Shown piece by piece: positions 45,565 through 54,914 of a stretch of 64,000 nucleotides of DNA. Source of the stretch: a virus. Lineage: Duplodnaviria; Heunggongvirae; Uroviricota; Caudoviricetes. The number at the start of each line of letters is the position of its first letter. Position 1 is the stretch's first letter. The position numbers and the translations under genes were made by a program. The stretch is taken from IMG/VR virus record IMGVR_UViG_3300028591_000092, positions 107,662-171,661 of that record. One strand, written 5' to 3'. Under the pieces are notes generated by a model. That model was not told the origin of the DNA and searched no databases. It saw only the letters and a list, made by a program, of their open reading frames with translations.

Positions 45565-45633
45565 AACATACTATTGTATTTGCATTAAAGTTTCTTATAA
45601 CGTTCTCCTTTAATATAATTAAATAGCTATATT

Positions 45634-45705
45634 TGTCTAATGGTATAAAGGCTATTACGTCAGATTTTGGTTCTGAAGATCTTGGTTCGATTCCAGGTTA
45701 GACAA
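45634..45705 (+). tRNA. tRNA-Gln(TTG), second divergent copy
   Basis: Acceptor TGTCTAA/TTAGACA, anticodon arm TCAGA-TTTTGGT-TCTGA, T-arm CTTGG-TTCGATT-CCAGG. Confidence 0.6.
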
Positions 45706-45731
45706 CTCGTTCATATTAAAAAAAATTAATT

Positions 45732-45995
45732 ATGTCTGAAGAAAAGAAAAAGAAAAGTGGTTATGCAATTTTGCGTGCAAAGTTGAATGACATGGAAAAA
45801 GAAAAAGAGCGTTTGATACAAGATAATGCTGATCTTGTTGCTCAAATTGAAGCTTTAAAAGCTAAGAAAAAAGATGTTGATTGGAAAAAATCATTTGATT
45901 CTTTGAATGAATGTTATGAAGAATATCGTACATTTATTCAAAAAAAGATTTCTAATCTTGGATTTCTTGGTAAAATTCTTTGGAATCGGGCTTAA
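45732..45995 (+). CDS. small coiled-coil protein
   Basis: ORF track; terminator GGGCTTAATTTAAGCCCTTT follows at 45988-46007. Confidence 0.5.
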   Translation: MSEEKKKKSGYAILRAKLNDMEKEKERLIQDNADLVAQIEALKAKKKDVDWKKSFDSLNECYEEYRTFIQKKISNLGFLGKILWNRA

Positions 45996-46007
45996 TTTAA
46001 GCCCTTT

Positions 46008-46119
46008 GGTCCTTTCGTCTAATAAGAGTATGAGACCTTCGCAGTTCGATCTGGATCATACTGGAATAGGACATATAATCGCTCGGTTATAGATGCAAGT
46101 TCGATTCTTGCAGGGACTA
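46008..46119 (+). ncRNA. tRNA-Glu-derived tRNA-like RNA (candidate Y-RNA-like). Acceptor-like GGTCCTT/AGGGACT, ~48-nt D-loop insertion, stem TATAA/TTATA closing a conserved 8-nt loop TCGCTCGG, T-arm GCAAG-TTCGATT-CTTGC.
   Basis: See finding. No CCA; discriminator A. Confidence 0.5.
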
Positions 46120-46185
46120 CAAAATGTAAATAGTTAAATGTATTCATAAAATTTTAACATAATTGTAATAAATAATTATTTTAAA

Positions 46186-46494
46186 TTGGTGTGTCTTCGC
46201 AGCCAACATTTTTATTGTATGTTTAAAAAGAATGATATAGTTTTTATTGATAAAAGGCAGTATATAACATACTTTAGATCTGAATGTAGTTTTAAGGAAG
46301 CTGAAGATGCTTTTAATGAAATTGCAAAAGAATATTCTTATTTTATTGTTAAAGCATTTAATAAAAATAAGAATTTAATTAATTTGTTGCCTGTATACAA
46401 GGATGCAAATACAGTAGTTAAACATCTTTGGTTAGATGTTCCTGCTTTTCTTTTTACTAAAATTTATAGAAATATTATTAATTTAGAAAATTAA
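46186..46494 (+). CDS. small protein of the I-x-(D/N)-L C-terminal family
   Basis: ORF track; ends ..NIINLEN. Confidence 0.4.
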   Translation: MVCLRSQHFYCMFKKNDIVFIDKRQYITYFRSECSFKEAEDAFNEIAKEYSYFIVKAFNKNKNLINLLPVYKDANTVVKHLWLDVPAFLFTKIYRNIINLEN

Positions 46495-46524
46495 GACATA
46501 ATAGTCAAATAAAGAATTTCATCG

Positions 46525-46596
46525 ACAGTGATTAGCTCAATTGGTAGAGTACAAAATTTGGTTTTTGAAGTAGTAGGTTCGATTCCTACATTATTG
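46525..46596 (+). tRNA. tRNA with a 6-nt anticodon loop TTTGGT (anticodon ambiguous: TTG or TGG)
   Basis: Acceptor CAGTGAT/ATTATTG, D-arm GCTC-AATTGGTA-GAGT, anticodon stem CAAAA/TTTTG, T-arm GTAGG-TTCGATT-CCTAC. Confidence 0.45.
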
Positions 46597-46634
46597 TAAC
46601 AAAATTTTCTTTATTACTTTCTTTATGTCTTTAT

Positions 46635-46723
46635 GGTCCTTTCGTCTAATAAAGTATTAGTTATACTGGTTAGGACACAAGATCGCTCGGTTTTGGATGA
46701 ATGTTCGAATCATTCAGGGACTA
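46635..46723 (+). ncRNA. tRNA-Glu-derived tRNA-like RNA, paralog of 46008..46119. D-loop hairpin insert AGTAT..ATACT; stem CAAGA/TTTTG closing loop TCGCTCGG; T-arm GAATG-TTCGAAT-CATTC.
   Basis: See finding. The ORF 46633..46893 N-terminus overlaps and is probably spurious there. Confidence 0.5.
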
Positions 46724-46740
46724 CTACTATATTTATTTTT

Positions 46741-46893
46741 ATGAAAACTCCTAAAGAAAAATTTCAAGAAAACAGTTCGGAAATTGTTCATATGTTGCAT
46801 GATCTTGGATATACTCCTCATACTATTGTACAAGATGCATTAAATGAACATATGGATGTATATGAATATATATCTATTCTTTTTGATTTATAA
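46741..46893 (+). CDS. small hypothetical protein (likely real start MKTPKEKF)
   Basis: ORF track. Confidence 0.35.
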   Translation: MKTPKEKFQENSSEIVHMLHDLGYTPHTIVQDALNEHMDVYEYISILFDL

Positions 46894-46895
46894 TT

Positions 46896-47569
46896 ATGAC
46901 ATTAGAAATTCCTATAAAATATGGTAATACATATTTACGAGTAGAAAGTTTACAGAGAGACATTAATGAAAAAATATATTATTTTCAATTATATCATGAT
47001 TTTAATTGTACAAATAAATTGTCTAATGAAGAATGTAGAATATTTTATGTAAAGTATTGTGGGTGTACAATGAGTGATTTTATCCTTAAAAATAAAAATA
47101 AGTATTTTAAAGGAATAAAACTTACAGAAATTCTTTTTGATGATTCTCCTAATTTCTGTAGTATTGAAGATCTTGTAAAATTTGTTATTATAATGAATAG
47201 AGTATTTTCATATAAAGAAATATATGATCGCGTATTAAAATAAGATATAGTATGATACTTTATTGGGATATAAAAAGTAACGACAGTTCTTCATGTTTTT
47301 GGATTAAGTTTTTTCATGATCCAAATAAAACATCATGTTTTACAATACGAGAAATTCAATCTTTTTGGATATCAATATTAAATAGTCCTCTTTCTATATT
47401 TTTATTTTCAAATAGACATAGTGAAAAAATTTTAAATACTATAAACTTTGCTAATATAGAGCATGTTGACTCCCCTGATTTTTATACGAGAGAAGATTGT
47501 TTTAAATTTATGAAATGGGTAGAATGTAAAATGTTTTACTCTGATTTAAGAAAAAGAATTCTTAATTAA
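46896..47569 (+). other. two paralogous small genes (46896..47243, 47252..47569) with similar C-termini (DSP.F..ED..KF....S....R.L)
   Basis: ORF track. Confidence 0.45.
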
Positions 47570-47581
47570 AAAATTATAGTC

Positions 47582-49273
47582 ATGACAAAAATTAATTCAA
47601 GAAATGCACAATTAAAAAGTGCTTTAGGTGCTATGGCTCCTAAGGAAAGAGTTAAAGAAGTTTTAAATATTCCAAAAGAAGATACTAAGAACCGTCAAGG
47701 TTTTGCAGCATATTCTTTGCCGGAAGAACTTCGTTTAATTAGCATGCTTAACACTCTTAAGGTACAGGAACAATTTTATCGTACCGAAAATAAGCAAATG
47801 CAAGAACTTAGAGATCTTATTGAACGTATAGGATTTAAAGATCCTTATTTTGTAGCTCAGTGTATTAAATACTCTCGATGCATGGGCGAAGGCATGCGTG
47901 ATATTAATAATATTGCTGCAGCTTTATTAGCTCCTTTTGCCTCTGGCCAAGAATGGGCAAAACGTTTCTATAGTCTGTATAATAAGAAAACACAGCTTGG
48001 TGGTTGCATTTTCCGTGCAGATGATATGAATGCAATTAAAACAGTATTTTCTGCTTTAAATACTCCTAAGCTTTCAGCCGCAATGAAAGTTGGTTTTCGT
48101 AATACTTTGGAAGCTCTTGATGCATATCAGTTAGCTAAGTATGCAAAGACAACTCGTGATATTGCAAATCTTGTTCATCCTAATCCTGAGAAATCTAAAG
48201 CAGTTATAACTTTAACTGGTAAAGATCGAGATAAATTTCTTGATGGAAAAGGTTATGATGAAAGTGCTTCTGAAATTACAGTAAAAGTGCTTGATGCTAT
48301 TATGTCCGGTATTACTGTTTCAGCAGATACTTGGGAAGTAGCAAATTCAGAAGCAGGTCAAGAAGTTGCTAAAGCTGTTAAAGCTGGCAAAATTACTGCA
48401 GAAGAAGGTAAAAAGATTTTAGCACAAGCTAAAGATCAGAATTTCCAAGATCTTCTTAAAGAAGGAAAACTTGGTGTTCTTGCTGCTTTGCGTAATATTC
48501 GTCAGATTTTACAATATTCAGATCAGAAAACTGTAGATTTGTTATGTGCTCTTCTTTCCAATCCTGAAAAGATTCGTCAAGGAAAGATCATGCCTTATCA
48601 AATTGATATTGCATATGAAGTATTAAATACTGAATTTCGTTCTTACGATAAGTATACACAAGTTCGTGATGCTTTAGTTCGTGGTTATGAAACTTCTGTC
48701 CCTAATTTAGCTGAAGCTCTTCCTGGAAAGACTTTAGTTATTTTAGATTGTTCTGGTTCAATGTCTGCATTTCTTTATGATTCTGCAAATAAACGTCGTT
48801 TGTATTCTAGTTGTCTTGATAAAGCCTCTTTGATTGCTGCTACTATTGCTAAAGCAACTGGGGCTGATGTTATTCGTTTTGGATCAAGAGCAGAATGGAC
48901 AAGCTACAACAAGAATCATACTGTATTTGATATTGCACAACAATTTGCTGCATCTCGTATGGGATGCACTTATTTGAATTATGCTTGGGATCTTGCTCGT
49001 GTAAGTCATAAAGATTATGATCGAGTAATTATTCTCTCGGATAATGAGTGCAACTCAATGCAAAGAGTGTCAACTTCTTATAAGCAGTATGTGCACGACG
49101 TATGCTCACCATATGTTTATTGTTGTGATATGGCAGCTTATGGAACTACTCCACTTGCAGGCGATAAAGTTAATTATTATTGTGGCTATGGCTATAAGTT
49201 ATTTGACGATATTGCAAGTAACGAGTTTAACCCAATGCAACACATTGAGAAAATAAGAAAGGTAGTCATTTGA
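47582..49273 (+). CDS. Ro60/Rsr-like protein: alpha-helical TROVE-like N-terminal ~370 aa plus C-terminal vWA domain with MIDAS motif
   Basis: 563 aa. VILDCSGSMS (DxSGS MIDAS). Size and architecture match Ro60/Rsr. Surrounded by tRNA-like RNA genes. Confidence 0.6.
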   Translation: MTKINSRNAQLKSALGAMAPKERVKEVLNIPKEDTKNRQGFAAYSLPEELRLISMLNTLKVQEQFYRTENKQMQELRDLIERIGFKDPYFVAQCIKYSRCMGEGMRDINNIAAALLAPFASGQEWAKRFYSLYNKKTQLGGCIFRADDMNAIKTVFSALNTPKLSAAMKVGFRNTLEALDAYQLAKYAKTTRDIANLVHPNPEKSKAVITLTGKDRDKFLDGKGYDESASEITVKVLDAIMSGITVSADTWEVANSEAGQEVAKAVKAGKITAEEGKKILAQAKDQNFQDLLKEGKLGVLAALRNIRQILQYSDQKTVDLLCALLSNPEKIRQGKIMPYQIDIAYEVLNTEFRSYDKYTQVRDALVRGYETSVPNLAEALPGKTLVILDCSGSMSAFLYDSANKRRLYSSCLDKASLIAATIAKATGADVIRFGSRAEWTSYNKNHTVFDIAQQFAASRMGCTYLNYAWDLARVSHKDYDRVIILSDNECNSMQRVSTSYKQYVHDVCSPYVYCCDMAAYGTTPLAGDKVNYYCGYGYKLFDDIASNEFNPMQHIEKIRKVVI

Positions 49274-49301
49274 TTACCTTTCTTATAACTTATATTGACA
49301 T

Positions 49302-49324
49302 TAGTCAGTGATTCACTTACTTCG
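49302..49324 (+). promoter_or_regulatory. copy b of the 23-nt motif
   Basis: tagtcagtgattcacttacttcg. Confidence 0.4.
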
Positions 49325-49326
49325 AA

Positions 49327-49440
49327 TTTGGTCTGCTAAACCGGCGGTCACTGGTTCGAGTCCAGTATATATTATAATATATTAGCTCAGTTGGTAGAGC
49401 GCCTTTTGTTTTATGTGAATTACGTTTTCTATGTCAATTA
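49327..49440 (+). ncRNA. unresolved tRNA-like module. A 3' half (anticodon-arm-like GGTCTGCTAAACC, T-arm ACTGG-TTCGAGT-CCAGT, ATATATT-A) is followed within 2 nt by a 5' half (AATATAT-TA-GCTC-AGTTGGTA-GAGC); the two acceptor strands are complementary to each other.
   Basis: Seen in sequence. Could be a permuted/circularising tRNA-like RNA or two split genes. Confidence 0.3.
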
Positions 49441-49558
49441 TTTTAGTGAGGATAACACTTTAAAACCTTTTATCTATAGTTTTGGGCAAAACTAAGCTGC
49501 TTTAAGAGTTGTGCAGAGGGTAGGATATTCTGCAGATTGCCTATCAAAACTCTTATTC

Positions 49559-49690
49559 GGCGAGCTAGTTAAATAAAAAAGTTTCACTCTAGTCTATATT
49601 CTTCGTAAGATAGTCATGATTTAGAGTTACTTCGGTTATAACAATTTCCTCCTAAGAAATCATATCCAGGTTCGAGTCCTGGGCTCGCCA
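49559..49690 (+). tRNA. tRNA-Arg(CCT)-like with a ~65-nt D-loop insertion that contains motif copy c
   Basis: Acceptor GGCGAGC/GCTCGCC (7/7), D-stem GTTA/TAAC, anticodon arm ATTTC-CTCCTAA-GAAAT, T-arm CCAGG-TTCGAGT-CCTGG. Confidence 0.45.
49611..49635 (+). promoter_or_regulatory. copy c of the 23-nt motif (inside the tRNA-Arg D-loop insert)
   Basis: tagtcatgatttagagttacttcgg. Confidence 0.4.
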
Positions 49691-49700
49691 CTATAAACTA

Positions 49701-49722
49701 TAGTCATAGATGAGTTACTTCG
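49701..49722 (+). promoter_or_regulatory. copy d of the 23-nt motif
   Basis: tagtcatagatgagttacttcg. Confidence 0.4.
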
Positions 49723-49871
49723 TGCATTAGTAAGAAAAAATTATGAATTTTTTCCACGTAGCTGTCACTAATGGGACAGACGTTGTTATACCGTAACGAC
49801 AAGAACGGTATTGACAGATGGCAAAGACCTCTTTCTCATCTAGTTTTCTTAGTTTATTTACTATATCTGTA

Positions 49872-49894
49872 TAGTCAAAAGAACACTTACTTCG
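49872..49894 (+). promoter_or_regulatory. copy e of the 23-nt motif
   Basis: tagtcaaaagaacacttacttcg. Confidence 0.4.
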
Positions 49895-49949
49895 AAATAA
49901 ATTTGGGATTTTATTATATTATAGTGTTTTTATTGTTCTTACAGATTAT

Positions 49950-50025
49950 TCCCTCTTAGCTCAGTTGGTTTTAGAGTACGAAACTTTTAATTTTGGGGTC
50001 CTGGGTTCGAGTCCCAGAGGGGGAA
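49950..50025 (+). tRNA. tRNA-Lys(TTT)
   Basis: Acceptor TCCCTCT/AGGGGGA, D-arm GCTC-AGTTGGTTTTA-GAGT, anticodon arm CGAAA-CTTTTAA-TTTTG, T-arm CTGGG-TTCGAGT-CCCAG. Confidence 0.65.
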
Positions 50026-50054
50026 CTAAATAAATTCTATTAAATTAAAATCAT

Positions 50055-50378
50055 ATGATAATTGAATTTTGTGGATGTAATGGTATTTTAATGGAAGAAT
50101 CTAGATATTGGTTATTGTTCCAACATCATTATGATACAATGTATTATATTTATAATATAATATGTAAAAAATTAAATATAAAAGTAGATGTTTTTGAACA
50201 TAATTGGTCTCCAATTTTACATATTATATTTAAAGAAAGACTAAATAAAGTTCGTTGGTTATCAGGTGAATTTCCGGAATTTTATAATAAAAGAGATCTT
50301 TTTATATTTATTTCTTCTATAAATCAAATTTATGGTACAACAAATAATTTTGTTGATTTAAATTTTTATTCTTTATAA
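50055..50378 (+). CDS. small protein of the C-terminal (I/F)(I/V)(D/N)L family
   Basis: ends ..NFVDLNFYSL. Confidence 0.5.
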   Translation: MIIEFCGCNGILMEESRYWLLFQHHYDTMYYIYNIICKKLNIKVDVFEHNWSPILHIIFKERLNKVRWLSGEFPEFYNKRDLFIFISSINQIYGTTNNFVDLNFYSL

Positions 50379-50451
50379 TAATAAATTTAGCGGCTATCGT
50401 ATAACGGTTAGTACTTAAGATTTTTTAAAAAGTATTGAAATAAAAAATAAT

Positions 50452-50536
50452 GGCGCTATCGACTAGTGGTTTAGGTCGCTGCTCTTTCAAGGCAGTTGGA
50501 TGTAAATCCTCACGAGTTCGAATCTCGTTGGCGCTA
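50452..50536 (+). tRNA. tRNA-Glu(TTC) with a 16-nt hairpin (GGAT-GTAA-ATCC) inserted in the variable region
   Basis: Acceptor GGCGCTA/TGGCGCT (G1-U72), D-arm GACT-AGTGGTTTA-GGTC, anticodon arm CTGCT-CTTTCAA-GGCAG, T-arm ACGAG-TTCGAAT-CTCGT. Confidence 0.6.
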
Positions 50537-50549
50537 CAATATACCATAA

Positions 50550-50572
50550 TAGTCATGTAAATACTTACTTCG
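50550..50572 (+). promoter_or_regulatory. copy f of the 23-nt motif, followed by T-arm-like hairpin GCCAG-TTCGAGT-CTGGT
   Basis: tagtcatgtaaatacttacttcg. Confidence 0.4.
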
Positions 50573-50692
50573 TTTATGCCAGTTCGAGTCTGGTTTTTCG
50601 TACATTACGAAAGTGGCGGAAAGGTAAACGCGCAAATCTGAAACATTTGTTAATAACATCATATCAGTATTTATAATTTTCTTTATGGTTTT

Positions 50693-50826
50693 GGTCCTCT
50701 CGTCTAGTGGGATAACTAGGATATTCAGCAAGTAAGAGATGTAATGATAAGCTTCATCTTATCTATGTTATCAAAGGACATTAAATCGCTCGGTTTAAGA
50801 CAGAAGTTCGAATCTTCTGGGGACTA
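50693..50826 (+). ncRNA. tRNA-Glu-derived tRNA-like RNA, third member of the TCGCTCGG-loop family. ~70-nt D-loop insertion; stem TTAAA/TTTAA; T-arm AGAAG-TTCGAAT-CTTCT.
   Basis: See finding. Confidence 0.5.
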
Positions 50827-50843
50827 CTAAAATTTTTAAAATT

Positions 50844-51290
50844 ATGATTTATATAGCTGGACCTTTTTCTACGGAGCAAGAAAGAGCTTCATTAGAAAAA
50901 ATGATTACATTAGTAAGAAAAAGATATCCTTTAGAAGATCTTTATATTCCTATGGATTTTAAAGTTGAAGGAGATTTTCAAAAATTAGATGGCACTTGGA
51001 ATCTTCCAAATCATGAGTGGGCAAAGAAAGTATATGAAGCAGACGTTGAACATTTATTATCTTCTAGAATGGTATTTGCTATGTATTGTGGTAGAATTCA
51101 TTCTTCTGGTAGTATTTGGGAAATTGGATATGCCTGTGGTAAAGAAATTCCTGTAATTTTATATATTCCTAAGTGGGCTAGTAATGAAATGTCCCTTATG
51201 GTTTTAAATGGAGTTTATGGTTATATAGATGAAAATAGTATGATTTATCCTTTTACTCCAAAATTACTAAAATCTTTTAATCAAAAATAA
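50844..51290 (+). CDS. nucleoside 2-deoxyribosyltransferase-like protein
   Basis: MIYIAGPF and SGSIWEIGYA motifs. Confidence 0.6.
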   Translation: MIYIAGPFSTEQERASLEKMITLVRKRYPLEDLYIPMDFKVEGDFQKLDGTWNLPNHEWAKKVYEADVEHLLSSRMVFAMYCGRIHSSGSIWEIGYACGKEIPVILYIPKWASNEMSLMVLNGVYGYIDENSMIYPFTPKLLKSFNQK

Positions 51291-51291
51291 T

Positions 51292-53644
51292 ATGACTAAA
51301 AAAAATATAAAGTTAGGAGATATTATTAAAACTAGAGAAGGATATTTATATATATATGCTAAATGTAATTTTAGGATTAGATATTTTAGTTGTAAAAAAA
51401 TACTATATTGTCCTCAAACAGGAAAATACTTTGGGCAAGGATTAGATAGTTTTAATAATAATTTAGAATATATATATTATAATCCCAATTCTAGACATGA
51501 TATTATAGATTGTTTTCGTCCATGCTCTAAATTTAAAACTATTAATATATCTGAATCTGATATTGGGAATATTACAACAGAAAAATATCGTATAATGTAT
51601 ATGTTATCTAATTCTTATTCTATTAAAAATTCATGTATAATTGATTTGTCTTATTTAAAATGATTTTTAAAAAATATTTATAGTTAGGAGAAAATTATAA
51701 TATTAATTATATATAGGGTTAGATCTAAAATTTTTATTAAAACATTCATATCCTGTTTATTCTGAATTTGTTGATTTAATTATTTAACAACTATTTTTAT
51801 GATTGAAAAAAAAGATGTTCAATTAGGTGATTTATTTCTTCTAAGTAATGGATATTATTATTTATATGTATATTGTCGTTCTTGGCGTAAAAATATATTT
51901 ATAAGGAATGGAGGATATTATAAAATATCTGGTTTAAATAACTACAATGAATATTTACAATATATTGATCCTTATTTATCACAAAATAATATGTTTGATA
52001 TTTTAAAAATTTATAGACCTTATTCTAAATATACAAAACGAATTATAGAATATACTACAAATTTTTATTTTCCTATTAGTTATATTATACATCATTCTGT
52101 AGATATTACTAATGGTACAAAGTTTACTATTGTTGATTTAAATAATTACTCTTAATATTAGATTTATAGTTTAGTGGTAAAACTAGTGACTCCAAATCTC
52201 CAATCCCTTGTTCGATTTTAAATAGATATACATTATTATTATGAAAAAAAGTGATCTTAAATTTGGTGATATTATAATTACTAAATATGGCTATATATAT
52301 GTTTTAGTATATGTAGATGGTGGTGAAGGAATTCGTTTTGTCAGAAGTAATGGAAATTATTTATTACCTGCTATGTTTGACACTGAACTTCATTGTAAAG
52401 GCAATAGAGATTTAGATATTGTTAAAGTAGTTCGGCCTTTACCTAAAGATAGAATTATTGCTGCTTCCCAAAGACATATTATTAAATATTATGATTTTTT
52501 TGGGGCTGTACGTCGGGGAACAGAGTTAAATTCTTATATTATTGATTTGTCTGTTTATAATGATCCTTGGCGGACAATGAAGGTTGATTCTTCAATGAGT
52601 TCTTTATTTAATATATAATATGTTAAAAGTTATTGGTAAAAATTTTGTTATAAGTATTAAAGGAAAATTATATAATGGAGAAATTTTTGGAGATACTTAT
52701 GATTTTTTTCTTTGTCGTATACGTACTGTAAAAAATAATAGATATGTATATTTTGGCAATGATTATTTATTTTCTTTAGTTAATATTAAAAAAAAAGATT
52801 TAATAGATTTCTATTATTCTATTCTTCATTATTATCCTAAAAATGGATGTTGCCCATGTACAAGAACAAAATCTGATACAATTAAAATATTATCAGCTTT
52901 AGATAAATTATCCAATAATGGTTGTTGTATAGATTTAAATTATATTGAATATGTTTAAATATTCTTCAAAAAATAATTATTTTAAATTTAATATTAACTC
53001 AAAAATATATGAAGGTATTATATGTTCTTCTGATTGCGGATATTATCCAAGATTTTTTGGTGATTATTTTGGGTACGAATATTATGCAATGCCTTTAATA
53101 GATCTTCATTTGTTTGAACAACCCAAAAAAGATAATCTTTTTAGACAAATTTTAGGATATACAAATCATTTAGGTTTTTGGCCTTATTGTAGTTCTAAAC
53201 AAGATGTTATAAAGGTGTTAAAATATCTTTCTAATTTAAGTAATAGAACAATTGTAAATTTAAATTTATATAATGATTAGAGTAATTGTGCCAATATCTT
53301 GGGCATCTGTTTTACGAATAAATTTATTTGATAAACTTAAAGCATTAGGTTATACTTGGAGCAAAGGAGATTCTTTAGATACTTTCCATGAAAAGTACCA
53401 GAATATGGCTTATATTGCTATATATCCTATAGATAAACACATCATTAAGTTTGGTACAAATTTAGAAACAGGAACCAAACTTCATGGAGAATACGGTTAT
53501 AATTATGTTACTGAATATAAAGAAGTAGATCAAATTATAAGTGTAGTTAAACTTGTTTCTATGTTTTTAAAAATTTGTAAAGTAGAATATGCTGAAAAAA
53601 GCTTTGTTCAAGAACATAATTCTTTAAAGAGATATAAAATATGA
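51292..53644 (+). other. tandem array of six small paralogous genes (51292..51663, 51799..52155, 52241..52618, 52620..52958, 52945..53280, 53273..53644) sharing N-terminal K.GD(I/L).......GY.Y and C-terminal I(I/V)(D/N)L(N/S).Y
   Basis: ORF track alignments by eye. Confidence 0.5.
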
Positions 53645-53818
53645 GTAAAGGATGTAAAGTATGGAATATAATTAATTCCATTTTTATTGCTTGTTTATAT
53701 TTTTGGATGCTTCTTACATTAGGAAATTTTCCAAAAATTGAGAAACAAATAACTGAAATTCAATATAAAATACAAAATATTGAATTTTATATAACAAACA
53801 CACAAAATAAAAAATAAT

Positions 53819-54097
53819 ATGACTTATTTTATAATTATTTTAGTACAACTTTTTTTATTATCTGTTGTATTTATGACCTTTGAGTACGAAAATAAGATTT
53901 GGAATGTATTAGCAATATTTAGTGCTGTTGTTCCTATATTAGGAATAATAATATTACCAATTCTTATTGGAGTAAGCGCTGTTAAAGCCTGTGAAGATTA
54001 TAGGTGGCAAACACCAACTATAAAAATTAAAGAAACAAAATTGAATAAATATTTATATTCTACTCATTTTAAAAACAAAAAAGATGAAAAATTTTAA
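53819..54097 (+). CDS. small 2-TM membrane protein (NfeD-like partner candidate)
   Basis: ORF track; overlaps the downstream SPFH gene. Confidence 0.4.
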   Translation: MTYFIIILVQLFLLSVVFMTFEYENKIWNVLAIFSAVVPILGIIILPILIGVSAVKACEDYRWQTPTIKIKETKLNKYLYSTHFKNKKDEKF

Positions 54098-54914
54098 ATT
54101 TCTATTTTCTTTGGCACTATGTATAGTGTCTTTGGCTTTTACAAGTTGTATTACTTGTGTAGATTCTGCAGAAGTTGGCATTAAGTTTAATAAACTGTCT
54201 TTGACAGACCAAGGAACTCTTGATGCTGTAACTGTAACAGGTTATACTAGTTATAATCCTTTTACAACTTCTATTTATACGTACGAAACTCGTGTACGAT
54301 CTGCGAACTATAAACCATTTATAGTTCAAACTAAGGATGGTTCTAAATTTTCTATGGATCCTAATCTTAATTATCATTTGATTCGAGAGAAAGCTATTGA
54401 TGTTTTTTCAAAGTATCGTAAATCTTTGGATTATATTGAATCTAACTATATGCAAACTGCTATATATGATGCTTATCGAATTAATGCTAATAAATATACT
54501 GCAGATGAATTAGTTGCTAATCGAGCACAGTTTGAAGATAATGTTAAAGCTATGCTTGATACAACTTTGCGCGCAGAAGGATTTCATGTAGAACAATTTA
54601 CTTCGCAGATTGAACCGCCTCAAAGTTTAACTGACATGATTAATGCTAAAGTTGCAGCTGTTCAAGCAGCACTTAAAGCAGAAAATGAAGTTAAAAAAGC
54701 TGAAGCAGATGCAAAAATTGCAGTAGCTAAAGCTGAAGGTGAAGCAAAAGCAATGCGTGTGCGTGCTGATGCTGAGGCTTATTATAATATGAAAATCTCT
54801 AGTTCTCTTTCAGATCGCATTGTTCAAGAAGATTTCCTTGAAAAATGGGATGGAAAGATGCCAGGGTATTATATGCCTAGTGGAAATGCTGGAGTATTTA
54901 AAATGCTTCCATAG
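54084..54914 (+). CDS. SPFH/Band-7 (HflK/C, flotillin-like) domain lipoprotein
   Basis: Lipobox FTSC; Ala/Glu-rich coiled segment AEGEAKAMRVRADAEAY typical of SPFH proteins. Confidence 0.65.
   Translation: MKNFKFLFSLALCIVSLAFTSCITCVDSAEVGIKFNKLSLTDQGTLDAVTVTGYTSYNPFTTSIYTYETRVRSANYKPFIVQTKDGSKFSMDPNLNYHLIREKAIDVFSKYRKSLDYIESNYMQTAIYDAYRINANKYTADELVANRAQFEDNVKAMLDTTLRAEGFHVEQFTSQIEPPQSLTDMINAKVAAVQAALKAENEVKKAEADAKIAVAKAEGEAKAMRVRADAEAYYNMKISSSLSDRIVQEDFLEKWDGKMPGYYMPSGNAGVFKMLP

Noticed and set aside
49327-49400. Firm call of a permuted tRNA
   Set aside because: The complementary acceptor strands are AT-only near-palindromes (ATATATT / AATATAT), so chance complementarity cannot be excluded. 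Reported as an observation only.
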